From: Macrostomum lignano
Taxonomy: Eukaryota
Length of the DNA stretch: 64,000 nt
Direction of reading: 5' to 3'
Assembly (NCBI GenBank): GCA_002269645.1
Contig: NIVC01001165.1
Span: forward strand, 158,261 to 222,260
Part shown: positions 55,081 through 64,000 of the stretch, piece by piece
Layout: every line of letters starts with the position of its first letter
Numbering within the stretch: position 1 is the stretch's first letter
Translations under genes and position numbers: made by a program
Notes under the pieces: generated by a model
Seen by the model: only the letters and a program-made list of their open reading frames with translations
Databases searched by the model: none
Told to the model about the DNA's origin: nothing

Positions 55081-55319
55081 GGTACGCACGCGCAGAAGTG
55101 CAGGTGGGTGAGTCAGAAAAAATCTAAGGAGGGGGGAGGGGGAGAGGACGGCCCACTGGCCCGGTGCAGCAACTTAGCAAAGAGCACACTGTCATAACGC
55201 ATTCATGACAGTACGGACCGTTTTCTCTCTGAGATACGAAGATAAATAAGCTATTTAGACGATCTCGTCAGCCCGCGAGACCAAGGTCGACAGCGGACGA
55301 GGGAACTTAAGAAATTAAC

Positions 55320-55362
<43 letters not shown>

Positions 55363-55930
55363 ATATACGCAGCCCTGCGTGCAAGGTCAGTTAGAGCAGG
55401 GCGCGTCAGATGGCGCACAGCAGAACCTGGGAGCGGACGAAGTTGGAGGCCCCAGCGTCGCATAGCAGGCAGTGCACGTATCGATGGGTTTGGCCCTGAC
55501 CCCGCCAGAACGGGCCCTGCAAGGTGAGCAGCAGAACATCCTGAACAGGGATCAGGTTTGGGGCAGTAGCTCTCGGCCCGGATCACGTGGCCCACCTGTT
55601 GAAGTCGCTGCCAGCGCAGGATGATGGACGGGCGCTGCAGCTTTGCCCGATCGTACCGGGCCTCGGTACCGACGCTCTCGTCAGCTCGAAAGGCTGCACG
55701 CAGCAGCCGTGGGTGCGCCGAGTCCAGCTGCCGCTCCAGCGCGTAGCCGTCAGCGTCCATGTCTCGGCGTAGGACGGTTTCGACCACCGCCTGCTACAGC
55801 ACTGAGCCTTCTGGCGGTCGGGCAGCGCTTCGGACTGGAGGACGGCTCGGATCGAACGGGAGGCCGCCCAGGCAAGTCCTCTGCGCCGCCAGAGGTCTTT
55901 CTCCGCGTGGGGCACCAGACCTCCGAGATA
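55320..55930 (-). mobile_element. RTE-like LINE 3' fragment with (GTT)n tail
   Basis: YAETWTLT, LLRAAF and QVGHVIRAESYCP motifs; (aac)n run at 55320-55360. Confidence 0.8.
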
Positions 55931-56229
55931 GGTGAACGGCTGGCAGCGTTCGAGCTTGGTCGTCTACCCGTCTGCGCCGCGGCACGTCAGGTCCGCTGGG
56001 ATGTCTGCCGGTATGGGGCCCAGTCGCCCAGGGGCCCCATCTCCGGCTCGGTGATCAACTTCTCGCTGATTCCGAGCATCTCCGCAGATGGAACGACACT
56101 CAGAATTGCAGACAATCCTGTGCTGCTGTCCCCTGCCCCTATCCTCTCCTGCGTAGAGCCCTCCTCAAGCTCAACTGCAGAGACCTCAGAGCGGTTAGCA
56201 TGGCCCTCTCCGGGCATGGCTGCTTCTCT

Positions 56230-56350
56230 CGCCACCGCTTCCTTCAGGGCCAGATACCTGAGAAGCGATGCCCCTTCTTCCGCTTAGGCAATGAAAACGC
56301 CGAGCACTTTATCTGCCACTGCCCAGTCTTCATCCGGGCCAGGCTCTGGA
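56230..56350 (+). mobile_element. Non-LTR retrotransposon C-terminal cysteine-knuckle fragment
   Basis: [25 protein letters not shown] resembles the C..C...E...H....CP motif. Confidence 0.45.
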
Positions 56351-57634
56351 CCTCTGGCCAAACCCGTTTCTTTCAGACGTTTGCAGGTCCGAGAGCATCC
56401 CGCTGCTCGCCCGGTAACTTAGGGACACAGGACGAGCTTATTTCTTCCCCACCGCCGGTGAGGAGGACCGCGCTGCAGGCGAGACCGACGGGTCCCCTTG
56501 AGAGACGTCGCTTATATGGAAGTCATTGGTTGCCAGGGGCTTGCGGAATGGGCGGTCTCCTTCGCCTCCTCGCTGCATCCACCGGACGCCCTCTGCAGCT
56601 AAGTCAAGTCAAGAGTAGAAAAAAAGATAAAATTGTAAAATTTTACTGCGGGTTTGTGCTAAGCAAACGCGAAAGTTTCTTTACTTCTTTTTTGAGCGCG
56701 TGAAACATCCCATCTGTTGCGGTGCCGGTCCTCGAAAGCCGAACGCCATAGGCGCTTTCAGCATTATTTCTTTTCTCTGTGCCTGCTGTTCTGCGTCCCA
56801 TCGCGGGGGCGCGCCCGTGCGGTCCACCGGGACCGGCCCAGCTGGTGAGCCGTCTGTCGGCTGGCTGCACTCTCCAGCGGATTGCATTCTGCATCGGTTT
56901 CGCCTCCTCAATTGCGTCGCACCGCTGGCGTCTTTCCCGTGTGCTTACAATGTAATGCTGTTATTTTCATCAACCCATCTGCGTATTACTGCGTATGACA
57001 GTAGGTTGAAATTCTTTGATATTGCATTTGAGTTTTATTCGATAATTTTCAACAAAAATTGATTCGCGCGCATAGTTCGCTGTTTCCCTTCCCTCTGAAT
57101 TTTTCTAATTATGAGGCGTACACTTAACAGTATGCTTTTTGAAGAAAACTATATTTTCACTTTAGGACGATCTTTTGATAATTAGTATGCGCGCACGGTT
57201 CTACTTGTAAGTAGTGTAGCTAACCTCTCTTCGGTAGAGGGGCGCGGGTGTAAAGTCGTCTTCTGCTGTTATTACAGGTTTCTAATTCGCGTTAGGATTG
57301 CGTTAGAATTAATATTCAAAGCTATTTTTATTAATTTGGTCTTATATTTTTCTAATTTTTTATTGTACTTTTTTCTATTGCGTTACAACTTTGGTTATCT
57401 ATTTGCATAAATATGTCTGATTCAAATTTGGTTTCTTGTTTAAAGTTTTTTGCCGTCTGCCCGCGCGCGCTGAGTGTTAGCTTCTCTCGTAGCGGTCGTA
57501 GGCTTGGCGTCAACCTACGAGCTACTAGTCTCAGATTGTGTCTCTGGGCTTGCGCACCTATTAGAATTGCTATACTTCGACTGTCTATAACACATTATTA
57601 AGATTAGTAACAATATTGCCATTAGCTTTGGATT

Positions 57635-58060
57635 AACAACAGCAACAACAACAGAATACGCGTTCAGTGTCACAGGGCGCGCCTCAAGGCCGGGTCGCGA
57701 ATGAACGCCACGCCGCCGGCCGAATCCGGGGCGCCGGCGTCAGCCAGCAGGCAGTCGACGAAACGCCGAGTGCGCGCCTGTTCCCGCCGGTAGGGTGCCT
57801 CCAGCGTTAGCAGCAGCACCTCCTGCACCGGCTGTGAGCACTACGACTCGGCGCGGATGATGTGGCCTGCCAGCTGGAGTTGCCGACGGCGCAACAGATC
57901 GCTTCGATGGACCAGGCCGGCGCGGCGATACAAAGCCGAGAATGCAGTGGAAGATAGGCGTTGTGGAGTCTGTCGTAGTTGGTCGTGGTGGTGCTGTTCG
58001 GTCGGCCGTGGTCCGAGTGTCGAAGGATAGGGGCTCTCGAGGAGCCGAGCACTTCAGACG
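57635..58060 (-). mobile_element. RTE-like LINE 3' fragment
   Basis: Homologous to 37.6 kb (cagccagcaggcagtcgacgaaacgccgagtgcgcgcctg); aacaac tail. Confidence 0.75.
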
Positions 58061-58416
58061 GCGAGTTCAGGCTCTAATCCCTCTGGAATTCACTGCCTCT
58101 TCTATTTGAGCTCGATTTCTTTGCTCCTCTTGGTTTCCACTTTCAAACGAGTAAATTTATTTCCTAGGCAAACCCGATATTAGTATTCAGTGCCCAGGAT
58201 TACTCATTTTGTTATGTCAGCCTACAGGCTTATATATTGCAGATACTACTTACAAGTAGCAGATATATATCTTCTACTCGTATATCTATATACGAGTTGC
58301 AGGCTTATATATATTTCCGGATTTGCCGCCCGATAAGTGTGTGACGAAATGAATACGATATTTACTTCGTAAAAAACTATTGCCGTGTTGATGCGCGTGC
58401 TGAGCGTAAATCCGTT

Positions 58417-58490
58417 AGACCTGGACGCTGACGGAGTTGCTCGAGCAACAAGTTGACGCGGCGCATGCTGGCCTGCTGCGCGCCGACTTC
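58417..58490 (+). mobile_element. Short RTE-like fragment
   Basis: TWTLTELLEQQVDAAHAGLLRA. Confidence 0.6.
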
Positions 58491-59940
58491 AAGCTCTCCG
58501 TGGATCAGAACGACGTCTCCGACCTTTGCAACTGTTCCTCCCTCTGCGAATGAAGCGCCTTTTCATGCATCCTAAGACGTCCAACACTCTTCTCAGATGC
58601 TTCAGACGAACCGGCAATGGAAGAAAGTTTTCACCATTTTTCGAATATTCGGATCTAAGCGGCTCCTGCGTCAATCAGAAAGTTCTAATCAGAAAGTGAG
58701 TCGGTGTCAACACGTCGTTGATCTCATCCGCCGACACGTAGACCAGCGGTCTGCTGTTTACAATGGACTCGATTTCGATAACCGAAGTGGATAGTTCATC
58801 GAATGTTAGTAAAGCCTTGCCAATGCTCTTTCACAGGCCGTATTTACCATACCGACGAGCCTTTCCCAGAATCCTCCCCATCAGGGAGCTTTTTCAAGAA
58901 TGAACGCCCACGAGATTCTCTTGTTGGCACAGAACGATTGAAGTTCGTGACTGGTACTTGCTAATAGAATCCTTACAGCATTGAATGCCTTTGCGTTATC
59001 GCTGATTATGTAAGGTATTCCTCTCCGACTGACAAATCGTCGTAAGCCGTTCAAGAACTGAGCTGTAGTCATATCTGAAAGTAGTTCTAGATAAATGGCG
59101 CGAGTGGAGGAGCACTTAAACAGTAGTATATACGCTTTTTTCGGTTTCACTACCATCCTCCTCCGTCCGATAGAATATTGGACCACAATAATCTATATCG
59201 ACGGACTAAAAAGGTCGAATATCGGCAAGACAAAAGTCCGGTAACTGAGAAATCTGAGGCACTGAGTAGGAACGCCCTTGAATCTTTTTACACACGACGC
59301 ACTTCGACAATTCCTGCTTTGTTCGCTGACGGCCCTTTACGATCCAGTATTTTTCACGGACCTTACATAGTGTTGACGTGACTCCTCCGTGAGCAACTGC
59401 CTGATTAGCGTTTTGAATTATGAGCTGCTCTAATGGACTGTGTCGAGGAACTAAGATCGGATTTTTTACACCGAATGACATCACCGAAATCCGACCGCGC
59501 GAACACAACAGGCCAAGTCGTCCAGCCAAAGATTCAAATCTCTATTTAGTGGTGTGGCCGCCGAACCATTCTGAAGGTGACTAATTTCTTTTGATAATAC
59601 TTGTCGCTGAGCTGACTGCAGCATTGAGCTCGTGCGCTGTCAGTGCTACTGATCTGTCTAGTTGTCTGACCGACTCGACGACTTTGAAGGTTGCTGATAT
59701 CCTTATCCAAGCTAGGACGCGTACTAAACGGAAATAGTTCCAGGATGACAGTTAAAGAAACTTTCTGCTGCGTCTTCCTGACGTTCACAGATTCCCAATG
59801 TTTCAAGCCGCCAGAAGGAGAGGTCGTCTACTGGATCACTGCAGCACAGAGTCTGGGCAGCGCTACAGTCAGCTTGATCGGCGGAGATGGTCTGTTGATC
59901 TTTCGCTGACTCCTCGACAGCCAACAGACCACACAAAAGA
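58490..59940 (-). pseudogene. Deleted and degenerate BEL/Pao pol remnant (integrase region)
   Basis: NPILVPRHSP...AHGGV...YWIVKGRQ...CVVC; KAYILLFKCSSTRAIYLEL...SRRGIP..ISDNAKAF; stops and deletions present. Confidence 0.85.
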
Positions 59941-60694
59941 AACTATAGCGTCGAAGAAATGGCGACCGGCCTGGCATTCCCGCGATCACACTGTCACCTA
60001 CAATTTCAAAATATTGATCTGAGCCAACAAGGATTGAGACTAGACTGTTGGTCTTGTGGAATGCCGGGTCAATAATTCCCTTGCAGGTGCCTGTTTGATT
60101 CCTTTGCAGATATCCGTTTAATTCCCCGGCATGTGCCTGTTTGATTCCCTTGCACATATCTGTTTAATTCCCCCGCAGGTGTCTGTTCGAGACATTTTGT
60201 CCATCATACTAATTTATCCAAATTGTTCATCACAAATTTTGAAGACAATCTGTTGATACAGTGCAACCTTTACTCATCAGTTGAGATTGTACTTCAAGCA
60301 TGCATAGATGAGTAGTGCGACAGACATTCTCACGCCAGAGACAAAAACAACAACAGAATACGCGTTCAGCGTCGCAGAGCGCGCCTCAGGGCCGTTACAG
60401 CTGAATCGGCCCCGGATGAAATTCATCAGCTGCATCCATTGCCGGCTCTCGATCCTGTCAGCTCTCCTAAGCTCTTGATAAAAAAAATGTTCGGTCTAAA
60501 AAGCTGGTGAAATCATCTGCGCAGACGAACATATCAACAGATAGATGGATATTGTTGTGCACCTCTTCCTTAGAAACGCTCGCCTGCAGCCTAACCTGTT
60601 GGGAAGCTGAGACACCAAGTCCCCAGTCAAAGCTCCCACATTCGAGAGAGAGGCAGCAACTCACACAGAGTAGCGCGTGTAGCTGAACGCGCAC

Positions 60695-60878
<184 letters not shown>

Positions 60879-61990
60879 TGAGTATTAGCATGAGTATTAG
60901 CTGGAGGCCGAGGACATCAAGCATGAGTATTAGCTGGAGTCCGAGGACATCAAGCATGAGTATTAGCTGGAGTCCGAGGACATCAAGCATGAGTATCAGC
61001 TGGAGTCCGAGGACATCAAGCATGAGTATCAGCTGGAGTCCGAGGACATCAAGCATGAGTATTAGCTGGAGTCCGAGGACATCAAGCATGAGTATTAGCT
61101 GGAGGCCGAGGACATCAAGCATGAGTATTAGCTGGAGGCCGAGGACATCAAGCATGAGTATCAGCTGGAGTCCGAGGACATCAAGCATGAGTATTAGCTG
61201 GAGTCCGAGGACATCAAGCATGAGTATTAGCTAGAGGCCGAGGACATCAAGCATGAGTATTAGCTGGAGTCCGAGGACATCAAGCATGAGTATCAGCTGG
61301 AGTCCGAGGACATCAAGCATGAGTATCAGCTGGAGTCCGAGGACATCAAGCATGAGTATTAGCTGGAGGCCGAGGACATCAAGCATGAGTATCAGCTGGA
61401 GGCCGAGGACATCAAGCATGAGTATCAGCTGGAGTCCGAGGACATCAAGCATGAGTATCAGCTGGAGGCCGAGGACATCAAGCATGAGTATCAGCTGGAG
61501 TCCGAGGACATCAAGCATGAGTATTAGCTGGAGGCCGAGGACATCAAGCATGAGTATTAGCTGGAGGCCGAGGACATCAAGCATGAGTATTAGCTGGAGG
61601 CCGAGGACATCAAGCATGAGTATCAGCTGGAGGCCGAGGACATCAAGCATGAGTATCAGCTGGAGGCCGAGGACATCAAGCATGAGTATCAGCTGGAGGC
61701 CGAGGACATCAAGCATGAGTATTAGCTGGAGGCCGAGGACATCAAGCATGAGCATCAGCTGGAGGCCGAGGACATCAAGCATGAGTATCAGCTGGAGGCC
61801 GAGGACATCAAGCATGAGTATTAGCTGGAGGCCGAGGACATCAAGCATGAGTATCAGCTGGAGGCCGAGGACATCAAGCATGAGTATTAGCTGGAGTCCG
61901 AGGACATCAAGCATGAGTATCAGCTAGAGTCCGAGGACATCAAGCATGAGTATCAGCTGGAGGCCGAGGACATCAAGCATGAGTATCAGC
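60879..61990. repeat. 33-bp minisatellite (ATGAGTAT(T/C)AGCTGGAG(G/T)CCGAGGACATCAAGC), about 33 copies
   Basis: Tandem copies with two main variable positions. Confidence 0.97.
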
Positions 61991-62237
61991 TACGAGCGAG
62001 TGACCAACGCGGCTTTGTATCATCGCGCCGGCGTGGCGTTCATTCGCGACCTGGCCCTCTGGCTCACACAGGCAGCGAAGCAAAGCAGCTCTACTAGATT
62101 GAGTCAATCGGCTTCTCCCTGCCAGATTCTGCCTCACCTGAGCTTCAGCCTGCAGTCTCAAGGGCTCGATTTGTAAAAATATTCGAAGTTAATTAGCTTT
62201 CAGTTGATTTCTTTTTGAGATTCGTATATTACCTTTT

Positions 62238-63056
62238 CAGGACTGGCACCGGTTCTGAGTGTCCTTTAGGACTGGCACCGCTCCTGAGTGTCCTTCAGGA
62301 CTGGCACCGCTCCTGAGTGTCCTTCAGGACTGGCACCGCTCCTGAGTGTCCTTCAGGACTGGCACCGCTCCTGAGTGTCCTTCAGGACTGGCACCGCTCC
62401 TGAGTGTCCTTCAGGACTGGCACCGCTCCTGAGTGTCCTTCAGGACTGGCACCGCTCCTGAGTGTCCTTCAGGACTGGCACCGCTCCTGAGTGTCCTTCA
62501 GGACTGGCACCGGTCCTGAACTGGCACCGCTCCTGAGTGTCCTTCAGGACTGGCACCGCTCCTGAGTGTCCTTCAGGACTGGCACCGGTCCTGAACTGGC
62601 ACCGCTCCTGAGTGTCCTTCAGGACTGGCACCGCTCCTGAGTGTCCTTCAGGACTGGCACCGCTCCTGAGTGTCCTTCAGGACTGGCACCGCTCCTGAGT
62701 GTCCTTCAGGACTGGCACCGCTCCTGAGTGTCCTTCAGGACTGGCACCGCTCCTGAGTGTCCTTCAGGACTGGCACCGCTCCTGAGTGTCCTTCAGGACT
62801 GGCACCGCTCCTGAGTGTCCTTCAGGACTGGCACCGCTCCTGAGTGTCCTTCAGGACTGGCACCGCTCCTGAGTGTCCTTCAGGACTGGCACCGCTCCTG
62901 AGTGTCCTTCAGGACTGGCACCGCTCCTGAGTGTCCTTCAGGACTGGCACCGGTCCTGAACTGGCACCGCTCCTGAGTGTCCTTCAGGACTGGCACCGCT
63001 CCTGAGTGTCCTTCAGGACTGGCACCGCTCCTGAGTGTCCTTCAGGACTGGCTCCA
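62238..63056. repeat. 29-bp minisatellite (CAGGACTGGCACCGCTCCTGAGTGTCCTT), about 28 copies, with a few shorter variants
   Basis: Tandem copies, no spacers. Confidence 0.97.
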
Positions 63057-64000
63057 GGGAACTCCAAGAGAATCGACCGTATTCCAGGGTCATTCATTCT
63101 TCCTCTTTGCTGTTGAGAGTGCGGAGCAGATCTCCTTGCTATTACTCGGCACAGCTCATCTCCCTCGGCACACACCCGGATTTCCCCAACGTTTTCGGAC
63201 CCGAGAACCAACGGCGCTACCCGCTACCTAAGGGCAACCGGGCGAGCGCCATCCACCCCCTGGACCACCGGATCTCCTTGCTTCCAGCTAAGCCCTTTCT
63301 GGACTTCTGATTGAAGATTTCAAGCATGTACTAAAAGCCTTCGATGCTCAACGGTGTTTTCAAAGTCTTCAGATCGATTTCATCAAGTGAGCACTTGTTC
63401 TGCATCATGACCGCACAAGCAGCTTCCCAAACAACATCAAAACCGATAGGTCGAGCAGACAGCTGATCAGGGCACCCGTGGCGAGTTCGCGTCTGCAGCT
63501 GTAACGGATTTATTTAGAGTCCCTTTTGACGTCATGTAGAGGCTCTGCAGCTGGGCTCCGCTAATACAGGGCCTGGGTCTTGACGTCTTTGATTGCTGCA
63601 TAACTATATTAAAAGAGAATCCAAATTGTACAACATCCAACACACAAAAATAAATGGCACAAAATCTTTTCAATCAATCATTCAATCTCGTGAAGCATTC
63701 ATTTCACACATCCACTGAAAAAAACTTGAGTACTTAAACTGGCAAAAAACCAAGATATTATTTAATCCAACGAATTACATTATTCATTACATTATTCATT
63801 ATCTGCCAGAGAACAGTATGATTAGGTCCACAAAATGACTAAAAAACTTTCATTTCTTTGAAACAAGGAATTACATTGAATTAAAAGGTACATTGAAAGG
63901 TGAGTAAGTATCAGGACTCTAAGCCAGAATTCAAAGAGAGAACTGCGTGCTTTGCCAAAACTTGAACATGCGCAGCTTACGGCCAGCCGCTCATATCCGA

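Larger units (their letters stand above)
41187..55210 (-). mobile_element. Ty3/Gypsy LTR retrotransposon 'A' with accessory ORFs, interrupted by two nested insertions
   Basis: LTRs 41187-41967 and 54427-55210 (TG...CA, about 5 differences), 4-bp TSD GTAC, PPT GGGGGAGGAG at the 3' LTR, PBS-like TGGCATCCTTGGTGGGAC, domain order gag-PR-RT-RH-IN. Confidence 0.95.

Noticed and set aside
57201-58259. 15-bp inverted repeat pair (CTACTTGTAAGTAGT) as MITE ends
   Set aside because: The motif is itself near-palindromic, and I found no TSD or further terminal similarity.
60900-62097. Protein-like frame (EDIKHEYQLEA)n in the 33-bp array
   Set aside because: Many units read TAT TAG in this frame, so it is repeatedly closed. 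The flank matches an RTE LINE in another frame.
60879-63056. The 33-bp and 29-bp arrays (also the 24-bp and 21-bp arrays elsewhere) as CRISPR arrays
   Set aside because: Units are head-to-tail with no unique spacers, there are no cas genes, and the context is eukaryotic.

Overview
Eukaryotic, intron-containing, very repeat-rich genomic DNA. It is probably from a free-living flatworm such as Macrostomum (inferred from gene style and repeat content; unverified). Host genes that can be assembled exon by exon are: the 3' end of a DUF229 gene (+), a complete 6-exon HIRA (-), a complete 3-exon DDX39/UAP56 (-), a 70-aa secreted cystine-knot (knottin) precursor (+) and a secreted PAN-PAN-fibrinogen-domain gene (+). 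Mobile DNA dominates the rest: a 6.4-kb hAT element with TIRs and an 8-bp TSD, an intact young BEL/Pao element, a 14-kb Ty3/Gypsy element holding a nested intact Mag-like Gypsy and a solo LTR, two tRNA-derived SINEs, many RTE-like LINE 3' fragments and about a dozen distinct mini/microsatellites. The strongest novelty candidate is the large Gypsy element. Between pol and its 3' LTR it carries accessory ORFs encoding a multi-zinc-finger protein and an HPD-containing J-domain in frame with a chromodomain. Other highlights are the toxin-like knottin, a hAT transposase joined to a signal-peptide/lamin-tail-like region with a 28S rRNA fragment in its left end, tandem arrays that amplify splice sites or a stop codon, and a sharply bounded CpG desert. 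All coordinates and counts were read by eye; no database searches were run.
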